From Cyanobacteria bacterium auto_48_18 (GTDB taxonomy: Bacteria; Cyanobacteriota; Vampirovibrionia; Obscuribacterales; Obscuribacteraceae), in assembly GCA_036170915.1 (NCBI GenBank), contig JAVHQC010000029.1, positions 128,001 through 192,000 on the forward strand: a stretch of 64,000 nucleotides of DNA, in the 5' to 3' direction. How positions within the stretch are numbered: position 1 is the stretch's first letter; each line of letters starts with the position of its first letter. Positions 9,239 to 18,822 of this stretch are shown in pieces. Below the pieces are notes generated by a model, which worked only from the letters and a program-made list of their open reading frames with translations, was not told the DNA's origin and ran no database searches. Both the position numbers and the translations under genes were made by a program.

Positions 9239-11188
9239 GTGGAAGTTGAACCCATGAGTAAATCATTTTTCTATAGCGGTACGCCACTTCATTTCGAGGT
9301 CTTGGACGTCGAAGCGGTAAGCGTCTCTGGCGACGACAAGGCTGTGAAACAATATCAGCTTGACCAGGCTCCGCCCGTGCACAGTTGCGATGTGCTGGTA
9401 GCTGGCGGGGGCATGGGTGGTGTGGCTGCGGCGCTAGAAAGCAGTAAGACTCACTCAACTCTTTTGACTGAAGAAACCTCCTGGTTAGGTGGGCAAATGA
9501 CGAGCCAGGGGGTTTGCGCTCTGGACGAAAATAAATATGTGGAAACCACAGGCGCCTGCAAAAGCTATCTGTTCATGCGCGAACGCATTCGCGACCACTA
9601 TCGCCACAGCAATAAGCTTACGGCAGACGCCCTGGCCGATGCACTTTTGCATCCAGGCAAATCGTGGGTGACGCGTCTGGCATTCGAACCAGATGTTGCA
9701 GTGCAAGTTATTGATGAGCTACTTGCACCAGCGGCGGCGGCAGAGCGACTGTCAATTATGCGCAGGTTGAAAGCAGTGGCGGTGTCAAGGCAAAATGCCA
9801 TTCAAGCTGTACTTTTTATCGATCTCGATAGCGGCTCATTTCTCGAAGTACAACCGCGCCTTGTGCTTGACGCCACCGAACTTGGTGACCTGCTGGCCCT
9901 AGCAAAGATTCCCTATAGAACAGGCTCTGACAGCCGCAGCGAGACTGGCGAGAAACACGCACCAGAGCTTGGCGACACTGAGAACGTGCAAGACTTTACT
10001 TATCCATTTGTGCTTGAGTATTATCCCGGCGAAAATCATGTGATTGAAAAGCCTGCAGACTATGACAATTTTATGGCTGCTGGAAAATTTTCTTTTTACG
10101 GCTATCACATGTTCGAAGAAACCGATGATCAAAGCACCGGCGTATTACGCCATCTGCTGCCATTCTGGACCTACCGACGCTTGATTGATAAAAGCCTCTT
10201 TCAACCAGGCATCTACAAATCAGATATTGCCATGATCAACTGGGATAGCAACGATCTCAGAGGCAAAAATATAATCGACAAAACACCTGAGGTACAAAGA
10301 CAATATTTAGCGCTGGCAAAAAGAGTCAGTCTCGGTTTTCTCTATTGGCTGCAAACTGAGGCCCCGCGGGACGATGGTGGTAAGGGTTATAGCGGCCTGA
10401 AACTGGTACGCAATATTTTTGGCACCGCCGATGGTTTATCTCGCTATCCATATATTCGTGAAGCGCGACGTCTCAGCGCCAATACCACCGTCGTGGAGCA
10501 AGACATCGTGGCATCAGCCAACCTAGGCAGTCGGGCGAGAAGATTTGAAGATTCAATAGGTATCGGCCTTTACCCTGTAGATATTCATGGCCATCAGGAA
10601 GTGCCTGGAGCGGCGCAAGAGTCTAAACCATTTCAGATACCATTAGAGTCGCTTATAACTCATGACTGCTCAAACTATATAGCCGCTTGCAAAAATATTG
10701 GTGTCACACATATTACGAATGGAGCCTACAGGCTGCATCCTATTGAGTGGGCCATCGGCACAGCAGCTGGAACACTGGCATCAATGCAATTGAGTCATAA
10801 ATTTGGCAATATTGAGCTTTTGTCAAACAAGGACATTTTGCAGACTCAGATGTTGCTCACCGCAGCTGGTGCTCCGATTTTTTGGTTTGACGATATCATG
10901 CTGGACGACGAAAACTTCCAAGCTATTCAGATCATGGCTGCAACGGGAGTGATTGCCTGCAATTCAGACGACTTGAGCTTCAGACCCGATGAAGATTTAG
11001 TGCCTGGAGAAGCGGATCAGGCAGTTAAGCGTTTATCTAGTTTTTGTGAAAAGCTTTCAAGCGAAGTGCATTTTAGAATTAGAGTTGGCAATCAAATCAC
11101 CAGGCGCGAGCTGGCAGAACTATTGTTTGGCGTGTTGAAGCTTAGTGTGTTTTCAAATACAGGTAGCAGCATTGGTGCATTGAGCTGA
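9239..11188 (+). CDS. FAD-dependent oxidoreductase
   Basis: DVLVAGGGMGGVAAA, WLGGQMTSQGV, DATELGDL, YIREARR, NGAYRLHPIEW. Confidence 0.88.
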   Translation: MEVEPMSKSFFYSGTPLHFEVLDVEAVSVSGDDKAVKQYQLDQAPPVHSCDVLVAGGGMGGVAAALESSKTHSTLLTEETSWLGGQMTSQGVCALDENKYVETTGACKSYLFMRERIRDHYRHSNKLTADALADALLHPGKSWVTRLAFEPDVAVQVIDELLAPAAAAERLSIMRRLKAVAVSRQNAIQAVLFIDLDSGSFLEVQPRLVLDATELGDLLALAKIPYRTGSDSRSETGEKHAPELGDTENVQDFTYPFVLEYYPGENHVIEKPADYDNFMAAGKFSFYGYHMFEETDDQSTGVLRHLLPFWTYRRLIDKSLFQPGIYKSDIAMINWDSNDLRGKNIIDKTPEVQRQYLALAKRVSLGFLYWLQTEAPRDDGGKGYSGLKLVRNIFGTADGLSRYPYIREARRLSANTTVVEQDIVASANLGSRARRFEDSIGIGLYPVDIHGHQEVPGAAQESKPFQIPLESLITHDCSNYIAACKNIGVTHITNGAYRLHPIEWAIGTAAGTLASMQLSHKFGNIELLSNKDILQTQMLLTAAGAPIFWFDDIMLDDENFQAIQIMAATGVIACNSDDLSFRPDEDLVPGEADQAVKRLSSFCEKLSSEVHFRIRVGNQITRRELAELLFGVLKLSVFSNTGSSIGALS

Positions 11189-11437
11189 ATTTGAGTCGGA
11201 CTGATTGAGTGGGGCCGGTTCAGTCAAACTGGTTCAGGTATGCGATTTTTGGAAAAAACGACGATCTAACATTGTAATTACGCCGTAATAACATTGTTAG
11301 ATGGTCATTTTACTGGGCTTGAAGGTCGGGTGCGCGGCCAGGCTGCGCTGCACTTACTCTGTGCAATTGCACATGTGAATATTGCAGAAGAATCGCTAGT
11401 CTGAACGTGTAAGTAACATGCAGCCGAGGACTGAACA

Positions 11438-11656
11438 ATGAATTCGATATTTGAAGTTTTCAAAAACGAAAAACTTGGTGCTGAAACTTCGGCACTTGAG
11501 GGCGCTGAGAAAGCACTGACTGATGTGAGCCACAAGCAGGCAGGTGCGCGCTTCTTTGCAGAAGTATATGAACCGCTGCACAAGGCCAGACCAAGTGCGG
11601 AGCAGTATTTGATTGAGGAGAATTATCCTCAATTTCTTGAAATGTTGCAGAAGTGA
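11438..11656 (+). CDS. Small hypothetical protein
   Basis: 72 aa; GAGGA Shine-Dalgarno upstream; fills gap before convergent gene. Confidence 0.55.
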   Translation: MNSIFEVFKNEKLGAETSALEGAEKALTDVSHKQAGARFFAEVYEPLHKARPSAEQYLIEENYPQFLEMLQK

Positions 11657-12583
11657 CTAGTCTTTGTGTTGCAAAACACTGACACCGTCTAACTTCGTAT
11701 CAAGCCGCAATCGATCGTCACCTTTGACGTATTTGTTCAAAAAAGCCAGACAATAATGATTGATCAATTCTTTCTCTGTGGTGCTGCGATTTAAATTCGT
11801 CCAACCGAAATGATTGACGCCAATGAACTCGACAAAATAAACCGGTGCCGATGTTTTATCATAGGCACTTCTAATGAACGGTGTAACACGCAAATCTCGG
11901 GTGCCGCCTTGATACATCACCGGCACATTGAGGCTGCTCAACTTGCCATTCAGTGCTAATGGCTGCAAGTATGGAGAGAGTGCAAGCACAGCTTTAATCT
12001 CTGGAATTTTCCAGGAGGGCCAACCACCAGCGAGAGAAAGCGCCGTATAGCCACCCAGAGAATGTCCGGCCAGAGCCACTTTAGACCAATCAATTTGATC
12101 TTTGAATCTGCTGTCTTTAGCCAAAGCGGGCATTAACTTCTTTATGTCATCGCGGCGATCCTGGTAAGTACTATCCTTCCAATCACCTGGTTTGCTGAAA
12201 TCTACCTGCGGACCGCTAACTTTAAAACCGGCATCATCGTGGTTGGGTGCCACCACTAAGTAGCCATCTTTCGCCAGGGCATTCATAATGAACTCGCTTT
12301 GAGTGCTAATGCCATGGAAACCGTGGGAAAAAATCACTAGAGGATAAGGTGCTATAGCTAGTTTTGGCCTCCAGACAGCTATATCTAGACCATCGAGAGT
12401 AATTTTTTCGGCTTGAGATTTTGTTCGGCCCCAAGATGAACGCTTATTGCCCTGAGCCGTTTCAGTGCCTTGCCGCCGTTCAATAATGAGTTTCCGGATT
12501 GCGTCCTGAGCCTGAGCTGGAGCACTCTGATTGAAAACCAGAGATATTAGTAGTAAGAAAATGCGTAGTCTTGATCTGGTCAT
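11657..12583 (-). CDS. Secreted alpha/beta hydrolase (PAF-acetylhydrolase/chlorophyllase-like)
   Basis: Signal peptide, PLVIFSHGFHG, GHSLGG nucleophile elbow, GTRD, VNHF. Confidence 0.88.
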   Translation of the reverse strand: MTRSRLRIFLLLISLVFNQSAPAQAQDAIRKLIIERRQGTETAQGNKRSSWGRTKSQAEKITLDGLDIAVWRPKLAIAPYPLVIFSHGFHGISTQSEFIMNALAKDGYLVVAPNHDDAGFKVSGPQVDFSKPGDWKDSTYQDRRDDIKKLMPALAKDSRFKDQIDWSKVALAGHSLGGYTALSLAGGWPSWKIPEIKAVLALSPYLQPLALNGKLSSLNVPVMYQGGTRDLRVTPFIRSAYDKTSAPVYFVEFIGVNHFGWTNLNRSTTEKELINHYCLAFLNKYVKGDDRLRLDTKLDGVSVLQHKD

Positions 12584-12613
12584 TTGGCCTCAAATAATTC
12601 ACACCTAACTATA

Positions 12614-13243
12614 TTACGATTGAAACACAGGAAAGTTTCGATCTACGGAGACGAAATATCCGTGCGAGTCAGGTAGAGGTTTTGCTTCTATATCCAAAAT
12701 CGGCGGCAGGGCTGGCGAGATGCAAACTGAGCCGTCATAAGCATATGGAAGTCTCATGCCCCGGTCTTCGGTATTAATGCTGGCGCTAATTATTGAGATG
12801 CGATTACTTACAGCTCGGATCAACCGAAATAAAGCTATGTGAAAAAGTCTTACTCTGACGGGATCCATTTGATGCCAGTCTTCCAGGTCAGAAGTATCCG
12901 GATTAATCTGAGCGCCGAGGGCTCGCTCGCAATGCGGAGGATAAATGGCAACGCTGTAGCATGGAAACGGGCGTCCTAGGTTTCTTCCGACAGCATCTCG
13001 CTTGGGCAGCGAACCATGCACCAGGCCTATAGAAGGCAGGCCGTCGATTCGCAAGATTGATTTGACCAATTCAGGGCCCTCACCATGCCATGGAATAAGT
13101 TTTCCCTCTTCAAAAATTATGGATTCTACAAGAGCCATGTCGATTTCGGGACGGAAATACATCCAAACGTCGTACATTGGGCCGTAGCGCCAATTCTCAG
13201 CCTTTGAAAAAAACTGAATGTCTTCATCTGATAGTTGTTGCAT
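12614..13243 (-). CDS. Hypothetical protein
   Basis: 209-aa ORF co-oriented with neighbours; no motif recognised. Confidence 0.6.
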   Translation of the reverse strand: MQQLSDEDIQFFSKAENWRYGPMYDVWMYFRPEIDMALVESIIFEEGKLIPWHGEGPELVKSILRIDGLPSIGLVHGSLPKRDAVGRNLGRPFPCYSVAIYPPHCERALGAQINPDTSDLEDWHQMDPVRVRLFHIALFRLIRAVSNRISIISASINTEDRGMRLPYAYDGSVCISPALPPILDIEAKPLPDSHGYFVSVDRNFPVFQS

Positions 13244-13262
13244 ATTTGATTAGTGATGCGTT

Positions 13263-14246
13263 TTAACGCGGTAAGGAATTGAGAAAGGGGTGGACGGCGT
13301 CGTAAATGTTTTGCGCACAATCAACCAAATTTGGTGGGCGCTCATAAGGTGAGAAACTTGATTGAAACACTTTATTGATACTGATTGTTAGTTCGTCTAT
13401 TGTGGTGTCAGGACGAAGAGTCGCGACTAGTGACGCGGCTACAGACTCATATTCATCGCGAGGTGCTCCGTCGCGGACATAACCCTCTTGGTCCCAATCG
13501 GCGAGACATTCAGATACGATGATCGTAAGTCGCTCCAAAAGACTTAGACGAGCAAAAGTCTGATCCAGCGGAACTTGAATAATCGCACCGTGCGTCTCAG
13601 CGAGCCGTTGTAATTCGCAGTACATCAGCGGACACGGGCAATGAATCAGAAGATTGTGTACGAGACCGGAGACTAAGTTCGCGTCGCCAGAATAAATTGC
13701 AGCGCGCACGCTTACAGTGCGAACACACACTCTAAGCGATCTCCTGATCACCTTGCTTTTGTCCTCAATTTGAGAATTGGTCACTAATTTTTCCAAACGA
13801 TCTGAGAAGGCAACCGCATAAGGCCTCAGCTCATCTAAGCGCTGGGCGCCTTCAAGTCTGATCATAACTGCACCAATACAATTCAGCAGAGCGACATCTT
13901 TCACAAATGGATCTGCACAAAGCTCCTCATAAAAGCGTAAGTCACGCTCAGGCTCATTCAGGAAAGCGTTGTATAGCTGCATTCCGTGCACTGTATAGTG
14001 CCGGCACGCTGTTTGCCTTATCTGAGTTTCGCAGAGATCTCTACGCTTGCGCAGCAAAATCTTACCCGGCTCACCTAGTGCGAGCACATCAGCCAAAACA
14101 TCAGGCTGCACTCGAAGTTGCAGCATGTCTTCGTAATGCGATATCGCCGCGGCGATGTTACCGACGCGCGCTTCAGCTAACCCAGCTTCGTGGTGGATTT
14201 TCCAGGGAGGTTTACGGCGCGGTGGACGTTGGTCGCTGTCGGACAA
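13263..14246 (-). CDS. Hypothetical helical protein with C-terminal DUF1871/YugE-like segment
   Basis: TPR-like N-terminus; C-terminal WDQEGYVRDGAPRDEYESVAASLV...INKVFQSSF resembles the WDP-x-G...DEY pattern. Confidence 0.6.
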   Translation of the reverse strand: MSDSDQRPPRRKPPWKIHHEAGLAEARVGNIAAAISHYEDMLQLRVQPDVLADVLALGEPGKILLRKRRDLCETQIRQTACRHYTVHGMQLYNAFLNEPERDLRFYEELCADPFVKDVALLNCIGAVMIRLEGAQRLDELRPYAVAFSDRLEKLVTNSQIEDKSKVIRRSLRVCVRTVSVRAAIYSGDANLVSGLVHNLLIHCPCPLMYCELQRLAETHGAIIQVPLDQTFARLSLLERLTIIVSECLADWDQEGYVRDGAPRDEYESVAASLVATLRPDTTIDELTISINKVFQSSFSPYERPPNLVDCAQNIYDAVHPFLNSLPR

Positions 14247-14400
14247 TTGCGGTCGGCTTTATGGGCCGCTGATGTGGACCTTGAGTTAGCTTATCACGAC
14301 GGTGAATGAAGTGGAAAGCTGCAGACTAAGACTCACCCACTATGAAATACAGCGAGCCTCCCATGCCGAGTTGGTATATCCTGGTACGAGGAGGGAGAGA

Positions 14401-14616
14401 ATGACAGTCACACTAAAATTATTCGACGTGGTCGCTCTAACTTCGGACATACCGGACCGAAGACTTCGACGTGGACAGGTTGGTACCATCGTGGAAATTC
14501 TTAGTCAAAATGTTTTCGAAATTGAGTTTTGCGATGATAACGGGCGAGCGTATGAAATTTTGGCCGTTCCAGCTGACCAACTAATGGTGCTTCATTACCG
14601 CCAGCAACTTGCATGA
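14401..14616 (+). CDS. DUF4926 domain protein
   Basis: LFDVVALTSDIP..LRRGQVGTIVEIL....FEIEFCDDNGRAY; strong SD (GAGGAGGGAG) before ATG 14401. Confidence 0.85.
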   Translation: MTVTLKLFDVVALTSDIPDRRLRRGQVGTIVEILSQNVFEIEFCDDNGRAYEILAVPADQLMVLHYRQQLA

Positions 14617-14948
14617 CGAAATTTTCAAACAGACAAAGTGTAACTTTTTCACTATTGGGATTTTGCGCAATTCTGTTTGCTTTCAATGTTCCGATTAGTG
14701 TTTGGCTCATGATGGAATCAAAGGGCGAACAGATCCTTTTAGCCACTCCTACCGTAAAACTGATATTTACTGTCGCAGAAAATATTTACTTGATTATTCT
14801 GACGACAATAGTAGCCGCTGATTGTAGACAAAAAAATTTCCGTAGAAGCTTATCTTATGTTAGTGGATTAATAGCAGGAGCAATTGCTCTAGTCCTTATA
14901 TATGGAGTAGTCTCTAACGACTTGAATAAATCGATTCGGGATTACTAG
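14613..14948 (+). CDS. Small three-TM membrane protein
   Basis: ATGA overlap with DUF4926 stop; three hydrophobic segments; AT-rich. Confidence 0.6.
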   Translation: MTKFSNRQSVTFSLLGFCAILFAFNVPISVWLMMESKGEQILLATPTVKLIFTVAENIYLIILTTIVAADCRQKNFRRSLSYVSGLIAGAIALVLIYGVVSNDLNKSIRDY

Positions 14949-15316
14949 TAAGACTTAGAACACTTCTCGCGTAGCGCTCTGTCAAAATCACCGACATAAA
15001 CCGACGTGTCGCGATTTGGACCAAGCAAAATCGGGGTTCCGTATGACAAGGTTAATCCCACTCCTGCCTTGCCAGGGAGTAAGCTAGAGCATAATATCGG
15101 CCGGGCGTGCAGATACGTGTGAGAATAGAAAGCCCCGTCTATCGTACGACCAGCAGGTGTAATTGAGGTCAGCGGCATTGAAAACATTGCGCCATTTTTG
15201 ACCTTCTGGCCAGACCTAACGAACGCCTTGCGTTCAGTGCCATAGCAGTGAGCGGCAATAGGCGAATGGAAAAATCCAAAAATTATTAGCGTTGAAATTA
15301 CAAGCGAATTTCTCAC
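14945..15316 (-). CDS. Hypothetical exported protein
   Basis: Signal-peptide-like N-terminus; GGGGAG SD upstream. Confidence 0.5.
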   Translation of the reverse strand: MRNSLVISTLIIFGFFHSPIAAHCYGTERKAFVRSGQKVKNGAMFSMPLTSITPAGRTIDGAFYSHTYLHARPILCSSLLPGKAGVGLTLSYGTPILLGPNRDTSVYVGDFDRALREKCSKSY

Positions 15317-15350
15317 TCACGCTCCCCGCAAATCACAAAACTCATACGCT

Positions 15351-18300
15351 TTAGAATGAGAACAAGAACTCCAGGTCTTCCTGCGTAAGTTCTTTAGCCA
15401 CACTGTCGTCGCCGCCAATAATCAAATCGGCTAATTCTTTTTTCTTCTGTTGCAGAGCAAGAATCTTTTCTTCCACAGTGCCGCGCGTAATCAGCTTGTA
15501 GTTGAATACGTGTCTGGTCTGACCGATACGGTGCGCCCGGTCGGTGGCCTGGTTTTCTACAGCAGGGTTCCACCATGGGTCATAGTGAATGACATAATCT
15601 GCACCGGTTAAGTTGAGACCTGTGCCGCCGGCTTTCAAACTGATCAAGAATATTGGAATCGATGGTGTTTGGTTGAAGCGTTCCACACGATCAAGACGTT
15701 CTTTAGCTGGCGTCTGACCATCGAGATATTCGTAGGTATAGCCTTCTTTTTCCAGCGATTTGCGAATGATGGCGAGCATCTCCACGAACTGGCTGAAAAT
15801 AAGAATCTTGTGGCCTTCATCAACCACTTCGCCAATCATGTGCATCAGTGCATCAAGCTTGGCCGATTGATCAGTTACTTTTTCGCGATTCTTCAATAAT
15901 TTTGGATCGCAACACACCTGACGCAAACGCAGTAGCTCAGCAAGAATTGATATAGATGATCGCTTGATGCCGCGAGAAGCTACTTCATTGAAGACGCGCT
16001 GACGACACTCATCGAGCACATCAAGATAGAGCGAACGCTGCTCGTCATCAAATTCGCAAAGCTGAATAATGTCGGTTCTGTCGGGCAGATCTTTCTCTAC
16101 CTGACTCTTCAAGCGACGCAAAATAAACGGATGCACTGTTTTGCGCAACTTCATACCGGCGCCGTCGAGACCAGCTTCGATTGGTCGCTCAAATACTTCG
16201 TTGAAGTCTTTATATTGACCGAGAAAATCTGGCATAAGAAAATCGAAAAGCGACCACAATTCTTTCAGGCGGTTTTCTACCGGTGTACCTGACAGAGCCA
16301 GGCGGTGGAAGGCTTTGATGCTCTTGGCGGCGATGGCTCCGACTGACTCTGGGTTCTTGATGTTCTGCGCTTCATCAAGAATGAGAAACTCAAATTGAAG
16401 ATTTTTGAGCTGTTCATAGTCACGGCGAATGATACCGTATGTGGTGAAGATAACATGCGGCTTGTTGGTGCTATCTTTTCCAAGGCGCTTGAGTAGTTCT
16501 CCACGATCACGACCGAGGAACAGTGCCGTTTTCAAATCAGGGGTAAATTTAGAAGCTTCCGATAACCAGTTATAAACAACTGAAGTCGGCGCCACAACTA
16601 GAGCCGGTGCGCGGTCATTCTTACCCTTACCATTTTGATAGTGCTTGAGTAGCATGGCGAGAGTTTGAATAGTTTTACCCAGACCCATGTCGTCAGCGAG
16701 AATTCCGGCCAGTCCATATTCTCTTAAGAACATCAACCAGTTGCAGCCTTCTTTTTGATATTCGCGCAACTCGCCTTTGAAATCTTTGGGCAATTCAAAC
16801 GGTGGCAATTCTCTAAAATGATGAATCTTATGAATAAATTCCTGGAAGCCTTTGTCGGCTTGTACTGGAATTTCATGCGTTTCCAAAGCGTGCAAAATTC
16901 CCAGGGCCTGATAAAGAGGCCGGGCGCTGTCTTTGCTTTGGCCGATAGATTTGAGCAATCCCATCAGAGTTGGCGTAGGCACGCGCACAAATTGGCCATC
17001 TGAAAGTTTGAGATAACTGCGGTTTTTAAACAGCGCTTCGATTACCAGAGGGAAAGGTACTTCTTCATCGCCGGCTGAACACTGCAAATCAAAATCAAAC
17101 TTGTAAGATTCTTTCTTCAACGAAAGCTTGGCGTTTAGTGCGAGCTCTTCTTTGCGCACACGGTAAAAAGCTAGTTGGTCCCAACCGGCGGTGTCCCAGT
17201 CTTGGGCTTGCTCTGAAGACAGATGGAAGAGCGCATCAAGTGCAGGTTCTTCCACAAAAGAAAAACGATCGGCGATGGTGCGAATCGGCATCATGTTGGT
17301 GAGGAAGCGGCGCACCTGTGTTTCAGGTTCCCACTGTCTTTCTACCCAGACACTTTGACCTACTTCTGAAATGGTGCGGGTAAACTTTTCCGATTCTACA
17401 GCACTGGTCTCGTCGCGCGATTGCAAAACGAGATCGCCATAGCGAAATCCGAGAGAAATCTCCAGACTAGAAGCGTCTTGCGCAGGTTTTTTAGAAGCTG
17501 CAGCAGAATTACCGTGCGACGAAATAATTGAATTACCGGCTGCTCCCGGCAATTTGCGCTCAGAAAGTTTGATCACCACCTGTGGTGGCTCAGTAATTGC
17601 CACAGGGAAGGGTGCTGCACTTTCATCAAGCACAACTGGCATACGCTTTTTCAAAACCGGCAGATCAACCGAAAGGAATTTCGGCACCACTTCTAGCTTG
17701 ACCACCATGTAGCCAAACGAATCAAAGTACTGGAAAGAGCGATGGATAGCACTTAAATCGATAGGATAGAAAGTGTTGTTGGACAAAATCCAGCTAGATG
17801 CGCCCATGAAGAAAACAGGGTGCTCGACTGCTTCGCCTTCTTCGGTCACGCCTTCAAGGCGCAACATTAGCTCTCCGCTTTCGGTTTCAGAAAGCACTGC
17901 TCGTGGTGAAAGAGCTTTGTCTGAAAATTGCACCAGCTCATTAGTGGTGGTGTTAGTCAATTTGCAGCAAAGGCTCAGGTGACCAATGACAGTACCTTCG
18001 TCGCCGCGCGGAATGCGGTGACCGCCGGCCGGGCCCTTGGTGGTTTGCGGCAGCGAAGTTAGATATTTAGCCAGTCTTTGAATGCGTGAATCGGGTGGCA
18101 ATGTAGGCACCACTTCCGCCGGCACTTTTAAAATATTGACTTTGCCTTGCGGTTCGTTGGGCACGACACCCACAATCATTGCCAGAGGCTTTTCCAAAAC
18201 TAAAAGCCCAAGTTCAAAATCACGTTCGTCAGCGACAACCCCTTCTTCGCGCGGATCATCAAGCAATTCTTTGGCGCGCGGCCCTTTTTCTTGTGGGCTC

Positions 18301-18650
18301 TCACGCTTTTGTTCATCGGCCATATCAAATCTGATGCCTGGATTATGTCTGGCTATATGAGTCAGAACCACGGCAACAGAGTGTTTGCAGACATCTTCGA
18401 AATAAGGGCAAGAGCAAGCGGCGCGAAAAACGCTGGGCGAATCGATATCAACGACAATTTTGTAGGCGTCTTTTTCTGAGCCGATTACCAGCGCTTCAAT
18501 GTTTGCGCCGTCATCGCTTTCAGAATATTTGAGCACCTTTTTGCGACGGTAGTATTGAACTCCCCGCCGATAGACTGGTTCACTGCTGGCCTCTTGAAGG
18601 GCAGAAAGTGAGAGTGAAAGTTTTTTTCCAGATCCCGATATTTGCTTCAT
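15351..18650 (-). CDS. SWIM zinc finger plus SNF2-family helicase/ATPase
   Basis: CSCPYFEDVCKH (SWIM); LADDMGLGKT, DEAQNIKN, SGTPVEN, SLKAGGTGLNL, QATDRAHRIGQ. Confidence 0.95.
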   Translation of the reverse strand: MKQISGSGKKLSLSLSALQEASSEPVYRRGVQYYRRKKVLKYSESDDGANIEALVIGSEKDAYKIVVDIDSPSVFRAACSCPYFEDVCKHSVAVVLTHIARHNPGIRFDMADEQKRESPQEKGPRAKELLDDPREEGVVADERDFELGLLVLEKPLAMIVGVVPNEPQGKVNILKVPAEVVPTLPPDSRIQRLAKYLTSLPQTTKGPAGGHRIPRGDEGTVIGHLSLCCKLTNTTTNELVQFSDKALSPRAVLSETESGELMLRLEGVTEEGEAVEHPVFFMGASSWILSNNTFYPIDLSAIHRSFQYFDSFGYMVVKLEVVPKFLSVDLPVLKKRMPVVLDESAAPFPVAITEPPQVVIKLSERKLPGAAGNSIISSHGNSAAASKKPAQDASSLEISLGFRYGDLVLQSRDETSAVESEKFTRTISEVGQSVWVERQWEPETQVRRFLTNMMPIRTIADRFSFVEEPALDALFHLSSEQAQDWDTAGWDQLAFYRVRKEELALNAKLSLKKESYKFDFDLQCSAGDEEVPFPLVIEALFKNRSYLKLSDGQFVRVPTPTLMGLLKSIGQSKDSARPLYQALGILHALETHEIPVQADKGFQEFIHKIHHFRELPPFELPKDFKGELREYQKEGCNWLMFLREYGLAGILADDMGLGKTIQTLAMLLKHYQNGKGKNDRAPALVVAPTSVVYNWLSEASKFTPDLKTALFLGRDRGELLKRLGKDSTNKPHVIFTTYGIIRRDYEQLKNLQFEFLILDEAQNIKNPESVGAIAAKSIKAFHRLALSGTPVENRLKELWSLFDFLMPDFLGQYKDFNEVFERPIEAGLDGAGMKLRKTVHPFILRRLKSQVEKDLPDRTDIIQLCEFDDEQRSLYLDVLDECRQRVFNEVASRGIKRSSISILAELLRLRQVCCDPKLLKNREKVTDQSAKLDALMHMIGEVVDEGHKILIFSQFVEMLAIIRKSLEKEGYTYEYLDGQTPAKERLDRVERFNQTPSIPIFLISLKAGGTGLNLTGADYVIHYDPWWNPAVENQATDRAHRIGQTRHVFNYKLITRGTVEEKILALQQKKKELADLIIGGDDSVAKELTQEDLEFLFSF

Positions 18651-18822
18651 GCAAAATTAGCCTTGGAAGGGCAATCTCCGTCTTTGAAATCGACGGTTTC
18701 ACCACCTAAATAAGAGCAAATGACCGCTCGGAGCGGTGATTGCAGCTTTCCTTCGCGAAAGCTTGGTGAACAGAATTAGCTTAGCACGACTTAGAGCCTT
18801 CTTGAGAAGGCCACGGCCCATA

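Noticed and set aside
15351..18650. SNF2 helicase as part of a defence system (DISARM, Zorya or similar)
   Set aside because: Ordinary SWIM-SNF2 architecture with no adjacent defence genes
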